Source: Promethearchaeia archaeon
GTDB taxonomy: Archaea > Asgardarchaeota > Lokiarchaeia > Sigyniarchaeales > SOKP01
Direction: 5' to 3'
Assembly (NCBI GenBank): GCA_029856045.1
Contig: JAHQWG010000012.1
Location: 128,001 to 192,000, forward strand
DNA length: 64,000 nt
The position numbers were made by a program, and so were the translations under genes. Positions 37,372 to 47,455 of this stretch are shown here, piece by piece (position 1 is the first letter of the stretch; each line of letters opens with the position of its first letter). The notes under the pieces were generated by a model that worked only from the letters and a program-made list of their open reading frames with translations, searched no databases and was not told where the DNA came from.

Positions 37372-38847
37372 TTGACAACCATTAAAGAAAGAAATATTTT
37401 TGAAAGGATAGAGAAAGAAAAAATATTAAATGGATTAATAAGGATATTTGGAAAATCTAATGTTTCTGATAGGCAACATGATTTATATCCCTACTCCTAT
37501 GATATGACTGAAGCAACACCACATATGCCGGATTTTGTTGTAATTCCTGAAACTGTAAACCAAATTATTTCTTTAGTAAATTTTTGTAATGAGTATTCAA
37601 TCCCAATTGTTCCCTATATTAGCGGAAATAACGTAGGAGGTCTCACAATTCCAAATGAAGGTGGAATTATTTTAGATATGGGTAAAAAAATGAATAAAAT
37701 TATCAAAATTCATGAATCGATGATGTACGCCATATTAGAACCTGGTGTGACATTCGGACAATTAAAAAAAAATTTAGATGAGAACCATCCTAACCTGAAA
37801 TACGGCTATACAATGGCCCCACCATATGCTAGCGTTGTTGGAAACGCTCTCTTATCCGGATTATCAAATTTAAGTGGTTCCTATGGAAGTATGGCAGATT
37901 GGGTAAATGGGTTGGAAATTATTCTAAATAATGGGGATTTAGTTAGAACAGGCTCATGTTTTATCTCTAAGGAATTTAAACCCAATAATTGGTTTGCGCG
38001 ATATCCAATTCCCGACTTAACCGGTTTATTTATTTGTTGGCAAGGAATGACCGGAATTGTAACTAAATGTGCTATCCAATTATGGCCTAAAAAGGAATAT
38101 AATAAGGTATTATTAGGAATTGTTTATGGACATGAGGAATGTGCTGAAATTATTAGAGAATTGGGTAGAATTGAAGTTTGTGAGGATATTTCTGCAATTA
38201 ATTCAGAAATAGCAAAAATGACGTATGGCTTGATTAAACCTAAAAAGTTTGAAAAAGAACCAGATTATGTAGTTTTAATATCCATTTCAGGTCATACGAA
38301 AGAATTACTAAATGCTAAAATAAATTACGTGAGAAAGGTTTTTAAGAAAATAAAGGAAAGAGTTAAAAATAAAATATTCCTTACAAATTTCTTCACCTTC
38401 GCTAATATTTTAGGACCTGAATTTAGAATGTTCTACGATATTCCCAGCGTAATAACTCCTCTTTATGAATGGGATGGATTAACTTGGATCGGGAGTTATG
38501 CAAACCCAGATCATCTTGGACCCCTTATGGAGAAATGTTATAACTTATTTAACCAATATGGAATTGGTCCAATAATTTATATGAAAAGCATGAAATCAGC
38601 CCATTATTGTGTTTTCAGACCAATTATTCGATATAATAAGAAAAAAGAGCAAGCAATAGTAGAAAAACTACAAAAAGAATTTTTAAAAGTTATGCTTGAA
38701 TACGATTGTGTGCCCTATAAAACACCAGTGTGGATGACAGAAAAAATAAGAGAAAGGTGTGACCCAAATTGGATTAAATTATTAGAACGAATTAAAAATG
38801 CAATGGATCCCAATAATATCTTTAATCCGGGAAAATGGGGATTATGA
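37372..38847 (+). CDS. FAD-binding oxidoreductase (VAO/PCMH/GlcD family)
   Basis: PDFVVIPE, SGNN.GG, EPGVTF, GMTGIVTK, DPNNIFNPGK. Confidence 0.9.
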   Translation: MTTIKERNIFERIEKEKILNGLIRIFGKSNVSDRQHDLYPYSYDMTEATPHMPDFVVIPETVNQIISLVNFCNEYSIPIVPYISGNNVGGLTIPNEGGIILDMGKKMNKIIKIHESMMYAILEPGVTFGQLKKNLDENHPNLKYGYTMAPPYASVVGNALLSGLSNLSGSYGSMADWVNGLEIILNNGDLVRTGSCFISKEFKPNNWFARYPIPDLTGLFICWQGMTGIVTKCAIQLWPKKEYNKVLLGIVYGHEECAEIIRELGRIEVCEDISAINSEIAKMTYGLIKPKKFEKEPDYVVLISISGHTKELLNAKINYVRKVFKKIKERVKNKIFLTNFFTFANILGPEFRMFYDIPSVITPLYEWDGLTWIGSYANPDHLGPLMEKCYNLFNQYGIGPIIYMKSMKSAHYCVFRPIIRYNKKKEQAIVEKLQKEFLKVMLEYDCVPYKTPVWMTEKIRERCDPNWIKLLERIKNAMDPNNIFNPGKWGL

Positions 38848-38939
38848 TTTTTTAACAAAAGAATGTTTAAAAAAAAAAATTAAATAAAATTTAGAATCCA
38901 AACAGATACTGAGATTTCTTTAGTTTTTTTTTCATAGAT

Positions 38940-39263
38940 TTATGGAGGAACCAATGGCCATGGAGTATATAATTCCCATTGGCTACTCTGGATAATCAAT
39001 TGTGATTCAGCTGTAAGTTTCTGATACTCAGGATCCAAGACAGCTTTTGTTACCGTTTTTTCCATTTTAGCCATACTCTCCCATTGGAATTCTATAATAA
39101 GGGTACTCATATCTTGGGTCCCGATTAAGTGACGATATCGCTTCTTGTTGTCAGGAAATCCAAGCTTCTTTTCGATTTCATTGAATTTTTTGTTAATCTC
39201 TTCTAACTCATCCCATTTATCCTGATAAATTTTCTGAATTTGACGCCATATAACTATTACCAT
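38940..39263 (-). CDS. Small dimeric alpha-beta barrel (NIPSNAP-like) protein
   Basis: 'TLIIEFQWESMAKME...DPEY' pattern; GGTGA-N6-ATG start. Confidence 0.55.
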   Translation of the reverse strand: MVIVIWRQIQKIYQDKWDELEEINKKFNEIEKKLGFPDNKKRYRHLIGTQDMSTLIIEFQWESMAKMEKTVTKAVLDPEYQKLTAESQLIIQSSQWELYTPWPLVPP

Positions 39264-39391
39264 TTAATTTCACCTTTTAAAAAATGAATAAATTCATTTT
39301 CAAACATAATTTAACAAAGGATCTATTTATATTTTTGTACAAAAATATTTTTCTGATCGCTCTGTTTAGAACGCCGCAAACCTTATAAATG

Positions 39392-40153
39392 TTAAAAGAG
39401 TTTCTGATCTTTAATTTCTTTTATTCTTTTTTCACGCTCTTCTTTTATCTCTTTTAATTCTTGCGGATCAATTGGTTTCAAAGGATTTCCTTTATTGAGT
39501 GCTTCTTTTAATTCCGCAACTACTGCACGAAAAGCATTTTCTTTAGGATTAAGGTGTGTTTTTGCCGTTGGTGGTCTTTTTATCCGTTTTATTTCGATAT
39601 CACTATGAACTCTAGGAATTTGAGCTAAATTTGGATTTGAAGGTAACGCAGGTAAGTATGGAATATTAGTAAGCACTTTAGAGACAAGATCTTTAAAGAC
39701 TTTACTTTCCAAAATCTCTTTCTCTTTCGTTAAATTTATGTTTTCTTCTCTTATATCTTGAATTTCTTTATTTTTCTGTATTTCAATCTCTTTAATTTTA
39801 TCCTTCTGATACTGAATAAAATGTTTTAATTTCCCTAATTTATCATTTGATATTTCTATTGCATTCAATATAGTTTGGTTATTTATATCTATACTTCTTA
39901 CTAACTGTTCCTCCTCATTGAGTAAGTGTTTTTCAAGGTGTTTATTTTTCTCCTTTTCTATAAGAATTCCATCATTTTTGCAAATTTTTTTGAGAATTTG
40001 TATGTATTCATTATAATTCTCCAGCTGTACCCCAGGATCCATTCCATATCGCGGATCATAATCAATATTAGGGATATTTTTTTCTTTTAAATACTCGAGA
40101 TGTTCTTTGGGTATTTTTCTTTTTGTTTTTTCTTCCATTTGTTGGAATTTCAA
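39392..40153 (-). CDS. Coiled-coil protein with Pro-rich segment
   Basis: Central heptad-rich region, PYLPALPSNP, charged C-terminus. Confidence 0.6.
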   Translation of the reverse strand: MKFQQMEEKTKRKIPKEHLEYLKEKNIPNIDYDPRYGMDPGVQLENYNEYIQILKKICKNDGILIEKEKNKHLEKHLLNEEEQLVRSIDINNQTILNAIEISNDKLGKLKHFIQYQKDKIKEIEIQKNKEIQDIREENINLTKEKEILESKVFKDLVSKVLTNIPYLPALPSNPNLAQIPRVHSDIEIKRIKRPPTAKTHLNPKENAFRAVVAELKEALNKGNPLKPIDPQELKEIKEEREKRIKEIKDQKLF

Positions 40154-40497
40154 TTAAATATCTTTTTGATTATATAGAATCAAGTAAGGTAATATATATA
40201 ACAAGAAAGACTATTAATTTAGTAATAATTCTAATTATCAATCAATATATTTCCGAGAAATAAAGCCAATCCATAAATTTTTTAAATATTTTCCCGGAAT
40301 TTTTTCAATGGATAAACTAAGTTTTACTAATTCAATAATGAATAAATTGGTAAGTTTAAAAATTGGACTTGATGAGTTTGAAATTTCAAACATAACTTTT
40401 TAAATTTTTTTTAATTCTTAAAATTAAATTTAGTTGGCATTAAGAATCTTTTAAAGGTCGTTAAAAAATAACAGAAAATGATAACATTCAAGAACCA

Positions 40498-40740
40498 ATG
40501 AGTGGCTATGAAAAAATTGTCACTTTTTTCAATAACATGGAAGAAAACCATCCAGTTTCCATTAAAGAGATCGAAGATAACACAAATTTATCATGGACTT
40601 ACATAAAAAAGGTTCTTTTCAAAATAGAAGATAACTATCACTTAAATCTTAGAAAATCTGGAGGTACATGGATTGTATGGAAAGAACCGGGCCATTTAAG
40701 GCGTAGACTTAAAGATTCTTGCAGTCAATATTTAAAATAA
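40498..40740 (+). CDS. Small winged-HTH protein
   Basis: 'SIKEIEDNTNLSWTYIKKVL...RKSGGTWIVW'. Confidence 0.7.
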   Translation: MSGYEKIVTFFNNMEENHPVSIKEIEDNTNLSWTYIKKVLFKIEDNYHLNLRKSGGTWIVWKEPGHLRRRLKDSCSQYLK

Positions 40741-40773
40741 AAAGATACAATTGTAGATTAAAGTGGATAAGAA

Positions 40774-41718
40774 ATGTTAAAAGTTGAAAAATCTTCTCCT
40801 GATTTGGAGACTGAAGTTATTTACAATGGAAAATGTGCCCATTGTGGCACTTGCGGAGCTTTTTGCCATCATATAGCGTATGATGATGTTGGACTTCCAC
40901 AATTTGAATTTGAATGCCAAGAAACAATCGGTTTATGTTATAATAGTTGTCCTAGAACAGACCTTCCGTTAGGAAAAATAGATGAAATGCTTTTTGGTCA
41001 GAAAAGAGCAGATATGGCTCTTGGGTTTTATAAAGACATAATCTCTGTAAAAACTAAAAAAGCAGCTTCTGTTTTATTAGGTTTAATTGAAGCAGCATTT
41101 TCTGAAAAAATGATTGACGCAATGGTTTTACCGAAGGATGCTACGAAAATTAAAGGAAAAAATAACAATATCCCAGTTGTCGTAAAAGCTGCTAAAGAAG
41201 CTAAAAAATATATCCCCGAAAGAAGCCTTCAATTAGCAGGTCCATTAGTCACTGGTATCGGTGAAGCATGGGAAAATGGTGCTAATAAAATTGGGTTTCT
41301 TGGAAATCCTTGCCATCTTACAGGAGTTAGTAAAGTCATGCTTTCTCCGTTTAGTACTGGGGCAAATTATACAACATTAAAGATTGGGTTTATGTGCGCT
41401 TCTGGAGGGTTGCCGGGTTGTAAATTTTGCGTGGATTTCGCTGCTGAGCATTCAGATTTATCAGTTGGAACAATGGGTGCAGAAAAAGAAGAAACTCTAG
41501 TAATTATTAGAAATAAAACAGGTCAAGATCTTATTGATGCCGCAATAAAAGGGGGTCAGATTGAAATTGCGAATAAGACTCCAGATTTAATAAAGTTGAA
41601 AGAACTTACAAATAGAAAGAAGAGAAAAAATATTCAGACTTTAATTGGATCTGATATGGCTAAAATACATTACTTGGGTCTCACACTTGAAGATCTGAAA
41701 TATTTTATGAGTGAATAA
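40774..41718 (+). CDS. Coenzyme F420 hydrogenase/dehydrogenase beta-subunit-like (FrhB/FdhB) protein
   Basis: CAHCGTCGAFC, CYNSCPR, GNPCH, IGFMC, GCKFCVDFAAEHSDLSVG. Confidence 0.85.
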   Translation: MLKVEKSSPDLETEVIYNGKCAHCGTCGAFCHHIAYDDVGLPQFEFECQETIGLCYNSCPRTDLPLGKIDEMLFGQKRADMALGFYKDIISVKTKKAASVLLGLIEAAFSEKMIDAMVLPKDATKIKGKNNNIPVVVKAAKEAKKYIPERSLQLAGPLVTGIGEAWENGANKIGFLGNPCHLTGVSKVMLSPFSTGANYTTLKIGFMCASGGLPGCKFCVDFAAEHSDLSVGTMGAEKEETLVIIRNKTGQDLIDAAIKGGQIEIANKTPDLIKLKELTNRKKRKNIQTLIGSDMAKIHYLGLTLEDLKYFMSE

Positions 41719-41757
41719 ACCCTATTTTTTTTTTTTCCTTTTTATATTAAAATTACC

Positions 41758-42291
41758 TTATATATTTTTATTCATCTTATCTTTAATTTTTCTGACTAGT
41801 TGTTCAAAGACGTCTTTATTGTTTTCCCCTGTTTTAGAAGAAGTTTCAATATAACCCTCAATATTATGTGATTTTTGAAATTCTAATACTTCTTCAAAAT
41901 CTATAGCGCCTTTTGCTTTCACTAAATCGCATTTAGAACCAACTAAAATAATAGTAAGATGTTTTGAATTTTGTGTTACTATCTCATACCACTCATTCAA
42001 TTTTTTAAAGGTTGAATATCTAGCGAGATCAAAAACTAAGAGAGCGCCTACTGCACCTTTACAATAAGAAGGAAGGAAGAATCTAAACCTCTTTTCTCCC
42101 GCAAAATCCCAGAGCTGTAATTTATACGGATTATCATCGATCTCCAAGTCATATGAGGCTAAATCCGCACCTATTGTGAGCTTTTGGGGCATATACTTTT
42201 GGTAACATAACCGGCGGATCATTGTGGTTTTTCCTACGCCACCTTCACCTAGAACAACAATTTTAAATACATATAAAGGTTTATTGCTCAT
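41758..42291 (-). CDS. Rab-like small GTPase
   Basis: GEGGVGKT, LTIG, WDFAGE, GSKCD, ETSSK. Confidence 0.93.
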   Translation of the reverse strand: MSNKPLYVFKIVVLGEGGVGKTTMIRRLCYQKYMPQKLTIGADLASYDLEIDDNPYKLQLWDFAGEKRFRFFLPSYCKGAVGALLVFDLARYSTFKKLNEWYEIVTQNSKHLTIILVGSKCDLVKAKGAIDFEEVLEFQKSHNIEGYIETSSKTGENNKDVFEQLVRKIKDKMNKNI

Positions 42292-42379
42292 TTTCGAATT
42301 TTTTATTATTATACCTATTAGAGATAAATGATTCTTCTATAATATATGGAAAATATTTATGTTATTTATAAATTTATAA

Positions 42380-43243
42380 TCAATTTTTTTTGTTAAAATT
42401 AAGAAAATTTAATAATACTGCTTTTTTTGAATCATCGGTTATATTATTAATAACCTTTTCTGCGGAATCATAAGAAAAATCTATTATATTTTTATAGATC
42501 TGATACAAAAACCAAATTGTATAGATTGGTGGTATAATTACCCCTAGATATAGTCCATAAGAAATATTAACTGGTTGAGAACCTTCAATACCGGTTCCTG
42601 GGAGATAAAAGGGCAGCGCCAGTATTTGACTGAAGAATGCTAAAAATGACATTCCCAAGGTAAAAATCAGAATTATTATAAACAAAAAAAGGTTATACAG
42701 AGAATATTTTTTAAATCTCTTAACTTCAATAAATGAAATTACATCTTTATTCGTCTTATTTCTATAATTCTGTATTATTTGATTCTTAAAATTCTTTAAA
42801 TCGATTTCTATTATTGCGTTATTTAGAACTTTAATAAGGAGCAAAAAGAATTCAAATCCATATAAGAATACAAGGGGAATCAAAAAAAACAAGAAAAAAT
42901 TATCTACTAATTGTGGATGGAATAATGAATCTAACCCTGCTAAAAAGATTAAAAGCATTTGCAAATAAGAAAATATGGTCAATATATTTGAGTTTCCCCC
43001 TTCTCCTCCAAAAGGGTTATATAATATAATAGAATCCTCTATTTTCGTAATTTTCTTATTAGATTCTATTATTTGAAAAAATAATGAAAAACTAAACGAG
43101 ACAATGGGATATAAAATTAAAATTGGGTTTATCCAATTTTGAACCAAAATTAGAAAGAATCCTATTAAAAATATGGAACTTTTTAAGAGGATGTCTCTCT
43201 GTATAAGAAGTTTGGTTGAGTTTAAATAATATTTTTCGGGCAT
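42380..43243 (-). CDS. Multi-pass membrane protein
   Basis: About 6 hydrophobic segments. Confidence 0.65.
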   Translation of the reverse strand: MPEKYYLNSTKLLIQRDILLKSSIFLIGFFLILVQNWINPILILYPIVSFSFSLFFQIIESNKKITKIEDSIILYNPFGGEGGNSNILTIFSYLQMLLIFLAGLDSLFHPQLVDNFFLFFLIPLVFLYGFEFFLLLIKVLNNAIIEIDLKNFKNQIIQNYRNKTNKDVISFIEVKRFKKYSLYNLFLFIIILIFTLGMSFLAFFSQILALPFYLPGTGIEGSQPVNISYGLYLGVIIPPIYTIWFLYQIYKNIIDFSYDSAEKVINNITDDSKKAVLLNFLNFNKKN

Positions 43244-43383
43244 TTAATTAAATAGATAATTTTGAATTATTTTAATTTTTCTTTATAAGTTTTATTTTTA
43301 TTATAATTTACTAATCTCTTATTCATTAAATTTAATTAAAATATTTATTAAATAGTATTTAGAAACTTATATGGTGTAAATTT

Positions 43384-45357
43384 ATCGTATTTAAATATGC
43401 AACCTTTTTCCCTTATGAAGCCTTTAGACAAGGACAAGAGGAAAATACAAAAAAAATTAGTGATTGCGTCAAAGAAAGAAAGAACATTATTTTAGTCGCT
43501 CCCAATGGTACTGGAAAAACAATAATTGCTCTTAGTAGCATTTTACCCTTGGCTCTTGAAAATGGCTTAAAAATTGTATATCTTTGCAGAACTCACACAC
43601 AAAATTTCAGAGCGCTTAGAGAATTAAAAAAAATTACACAATTTTTATCAAAAAATAAATTTGATAAACAAGTCAATGGAATTAGCATTAAAGGGCGGCA
43701 TGAAATGTGTCTTAACAAAATATTGCTTCAACTCAAATTATCGCCTCGTGACAGTATTTCTGTTTGCAGAGATTTAAGAAAAAATAAAAATTGCAAATAT
43801 TTTTCAAAACTAATGAAAGATCTGGGAAAAACCGAAGATGTTTCGATAATTGCAAAAAAGCTTCTAATACAACCATGTGATGCTGATGAAATCATTAGTT
43901 TTGCAGAAGAAGCAGGGTACTGTCCTTATTTTTTAAGCAAATATTTATTAGAAAAAGTGGGAATTGTAATTTGTTCATACCATTGGCTTTTTAATCCTGA
44001 TATAAAGGACGTTTTCTTAAAATTTTTAGATACCGATCTATTTAACTGTATTTTAATAAATGATGAATGTCATAATCTCTTAAGTATGGCTACAGAAGTG
44101 AATTCTGAGCGTATAACCCCATTTATTCTTAAATTAGCTCTAAAAGATTTAGAACTATATAACTCTGATCGGAATATGATAAATTTAATAAGAATTTTAA
44201 TTGCTCATCTGGAAAATAAACAAACAAATCTTAACGTAGAGGAGCGTGAATTAAATCCAGAGATTTTGATAAAAAATCTTTATGAAAAGATAGGATTAAA
44301 GGATTTAAACAGCTTTAAAATTTTAATAAAAGATTTGAAAGAATTTAGTTCTTATGTAGCCGAAATTAAATCAAGTCAGGGATTAGCTCAACGCGATTAT
44401 ATCGGATCAATCGCAAAATATTGGTTAAAATGGTTAGAAGTCTTAGATAGTGAACGATATTTCTTTTGTTACAATATTAAGACAACACGAGAAGGTAAAA
44501 AAAACATTTCTATGGATATTGTGGCTTTAGATCCTCGGGAAATAACTGTTCCTGTTTTTAAGAATGCATTTTCTACATTGAGTCTCTCTGGTACAGTAAA
44601 CTCATACGTTTATTCCAATTTAATGGGGTTAAATGAAACCGGGAAAACAAGTAAAGTTATTGTGTCACCATCCCCCTTCCCAAAAAATAATATTAAAGCT
44701 TTGATCATTGAGAACGTAAATACCAAAAGAGGAAACAGAAACGCTCAAACATATAAAAAAATGGTTAATAAAATTGAAGAAGTTATTTATTCCACTCCGG
44801 GAAATGTCGGGATTTTCTGTGCATCTTATAATGTACTTAAAGGCCTTTTAGAACAAGATATTGAGCAAAAAGTGCAAAAATACAAGAAAAAATTGTATAT
44901 TGAAGATTCAAAAATTTCTGCGGCAGAAAATGCAAAAATGATTGAAGATTTTAAAGGTGAAGGAAAAAATAATGGAGGAATACTTTTAGGAGTAGCAGGT
45001 GGGCGTAATTCTGAGGGCGAAGATTATCCTGCTGAATATATGAATTCAGTTGTGGTAGCAGGTTTCCCTTATCATGTCCCTACTCCACGAGTTAATGCCA
45101 AAATTAAATATTATGATAAGGTTTTTCATAATCGAGGTTGGGAGTTTGCCTATCTTTATCCGGCGATTGAAAGAGCGAATCAAGCAGCTGGACGACCAAT
45201 TAGAAGACTCGATGATAAGGGAGCAATTATATTTCTAGACAATAGATTTAAAGATAAAATGAAATGGATATCATCTTGGCTTAGAGATGAGATTGAAATT
45301 GTTCCAGATAAAAAAGGGGCAATTGTTCAGCAATTATATCCCTTTTGGAATGAATAA
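43384..45357 (+). CDS. XPD/Rad3/DinG family Fe-S DNA helicase (true start upstream of ORF-track 43549)
   Basis: In-frame upstream extension FFPYEAFRQGQ...APNGTGKT carries the Q motif and Walker A; then RTHTQ, Fe-S Cys, DECHN, SGT, SEGED, QAAGRPIR. Start position uncertain. Confidence 0.9.
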   Translation: MVFKYATFFPYEAFRQGQEENTKKISDCVKERKNIILVAPNGTGKTIIALSSILPLALENGLKIVYLCRTHTQNFRALRELKKITQFLSKNKFDKQVNGISIKGRHEMCLNKILLQLKLSPRDSISVCRDLRKNKNCKYFSKLMKDLGKTEDVSIIAKKLLIQPCDADEIISFAEEAGYCPYFLSKYLLEKVGIVICSYHWLFNPDIKDVFLKFLDTDLFNCILINDECHNLLSMATEVNSERITPFILKLALKDLELYNSDRNMINLIRILIAHLENKQTNLNVEERELNPEILIKNLYEKIGLKDLNSFKILIKDLKEFSSYVAEIKSSQGLAQRDYIGSIAKYWLKWLEVLDSERYFFCYNIKTTREGKKNISMDIVALDPREITVPVFKNAFSTLSLSGTVNSYVYSNLMGLNETGKTSKVIVSPSPFPKNNIKALIIENVNTKRGNRNAQTYKKMVNKIEEVIYSTPGNVGIFCASYNVLKGLLEQDIEQKVQKYKKKLYIEDSKISAAENAKMIEDFKGEGKNNGGILLGVAGGRNSEGEDYPAEYMNSVVVAGFPYHVPTPRVNAKIKYYDKVFHNRGWEFAYLYPAIERANQAAGRPIRRLDDKGAIIFLDNRFKDKMKWISSWLRDEIEIVPDKKGAIVQQLYPFWNE

Positions 45358-45367
45358 AAAAAATATT

Positions 45368-46606
45368 TTACACCTTTTTTTTAGTCGATTTGAATCCAAA
45401 AAGAATAAATAATACAGAAATTGTTGGGAATAAGAACAATACGAGAATAGTAAAATAAAAATTATCATTTATTATTAATAGGATTCCAATAAAAATATTT
45501 CCTGTAAAGTTTCCTAAACTAAAAAATGAATTTGCCATACCAACATAACGCCCCTTATTCTCAGGTGTAGTTTTTTGGGAGATATAAATAAATGTCGCTG
45601 TCCAAAAGGCAGCATAACTGAAGCTTACTAGAAATTGAGAAATTAGAAAACCCCAGAAATCTCGGGAGAAATAATAGCCAAGCATAGCAAATGTGCTAAA
45701 TAGAAATCCTAAAATGAGTATGAATTTCATGTTTTTCTTATTAATGATTTTTCCAATGATAACAGAAATTGCAATTTGAAGTAAATAATTTATACTAATT
45801 AAAAAGCCAATTTCTGTATCTGATGTTAAAGTTAAAGCAAAAAAAATAGCAAGTACATTAAAAATAGGGCGAACCCCAAAATTTCTAAAAAATAATGCAA
45901 AATAAAGAGAAGGAGATATCTTATTTAACATATTATCATGTTGGATTTTCTCTAAATCAACATTTAAAAGATTATTTTGTTTCAGAGATCTGTTTAACTT
46001 AAAAATTTCTTCTCTATTCTCTTTAATAAATAAAGTAAAAACAAAACTAATTACTAAAAATGAGAAATAATAATAAAATAAATTTTCAATTCCAATAAGA
46101 TCTATATATATTCCACAAAAAAAAGAACCAAAGAACCATGCCGAAGCAACAACTGCATTGTAATAAGAAATCCATTTTGCATCATTTAAACAGATTTCTG
46201 AAAATAAAGGATAAGTCATACCAAAACAACTAAAAAAAAACCCATTAATAAAAATTAAAGGAAAACAAATCCATATGTATTCTATTCCTATAAAAAATAT
46301 GAAAATTGCATTAATTATAATCCCAATAATTCCAAATCTAATAAACCAATTTCTTGTCTGAAATTTATCGGAAAAAAAGCCAATAAGAGATGGAAAAATA
46401 AAAGATGCTAAGGAAATCATTGAAATAATAAAACTGATGAGGGAATTGTCAGCACCAAGAGCTGAAAGAAATCTTGGATAATAGGTAAAAAAGGAGATCC
46501 CTCCAGCCATTTGAAAAAAAACGGATAGAAGAAGAATAATACGATTTCTCATTATATAAAAAATCATTGATAATTGAAAAGATTTATTTCTTTTAACTAG
46601 ATCCAA
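45368..46606 (-). CDS. MFS transporter
   Basis: 12 TM segments, GFFSDKFQTR, PENKGRYVG. Confidence 0.9.
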   Translation of the reverse strand: MDLVKRNKSFQLSMIFYIMRNRIILLLSVFFQMAGGISFFTYYPRFLSALGADNSLISFIISMISLASFIFPSLIGFFSDKFQTRNWFIRFGIIGIIINAIFIFFIGIEYIWICFPLIFINGFFFSCFGMTYPLFSEICLNDAKWISYYNAVVASAWFFGSFFCGIYIDLIGIENLFYYYFSFLVISFVFTLFIKENREEIFKLNRSLKQNNLLNVDLEKIQHDNMLNKISPSLYFALFFRNFGVRPIFNVLAIFFALTLTSDTEIGFLISINYLLQIAISVIIGKIINKKNMKFILILGFLFSTFAMLGYYFSRDFWGFLISQFLVSFSYAAFWTATFIYISQKTTPENKGRYVGMANSFFSLGNFTGNIFIGILLIINDNFYFTILVLFLFPTISVLFILFGFKSTKKKV

Positions 46607-46660
46607 TATCTCCAGCTCTTAAGGCTTAATTAGTTCATCGAAATAAAAAAAGTGAATTTC

Positions 46661-47272
46661 TTATATTGATTTTATTAATAATAGAGAAGCTCCTGGAGAT
46701 AACCCCAAAAATAAAATAATTGCAAAACCTCCAATTATCGAACCAAGACTATACTTCTTTCCCTTAAGATCCTTATTGACAAATACTAGAATTCCATAAC
46801 TTAAAGATATAAAACCAATAATTGAGATAGTTCCAATAATTAACATGCTCAGCAGTTGGAGATTATTTAAATTCTGCCATTCTGAAGTTAGAGGAATAAA
46901 TAAATCAGCAAATTCAGTTAATTCAAGCGAATCAATAATATAAAATATCAATGGAGGAGGAGAAAATTCAGATATATTAATAATTAGGATTAAGATAAAA
47001 TCAAAGTATAAACCCCATGCAAGTATTATATAAAAAATACCTAGTAAAGTTTCTGGAATAACTGGTTGATAATATCCGGTTTTAATTTTTATATTTTTTC
47101 TCCTTTTGAAAAAGATCTTATAAATCAATAAGATTCCCATTATTAGAAAAATAGTCGCAAATAGATTTTTTATGCATGGCATAACTAAAATATAAATGTT
47201 TATTATCATATCTATAACGTCACTAAAAGACGTTATAAAACCACTAAACGGGTCAAAATCAAAAAATAACAT
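46661..47272 (-). CDS. Membrane protein
   Basis: About 4 hydrophobic segments. Confidence 0.6.
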   Translation of the reverse strand: MLFFDFDPFSGFITSFSDVIDMIINIYILVMPCIKNLFATIFLIMGILLIYKIFFKRRKNIKIKTGYYQPVIPETLLGIFYIILAWGLYFDFILILIINISEFSPPPLIFYIIDSLELTEFADLFIPLTSEWQNLNNLQLLSMLIIGTISIIGFISLSYGILVFVNKDLKGKKYSLGSIIGGFAIILFLGLSPGASLLLIKSI

Positions 47273-47455
47273 TTACTTCATTCTTTCCTAAAGAAAAAAC
47301 TATTTAAAATTGTAAAAAATTGTTGGTGTTAATATCTTAATACTTAATGAGATGTATTGCTTTTTTTAAAACAAGCAAGATGTATTATCAATTATTAAAA
47401 AAAGGAATTTTATAACTATGACGGATCTTAGATATCGCTCTTTTTGCCTTTAGAT

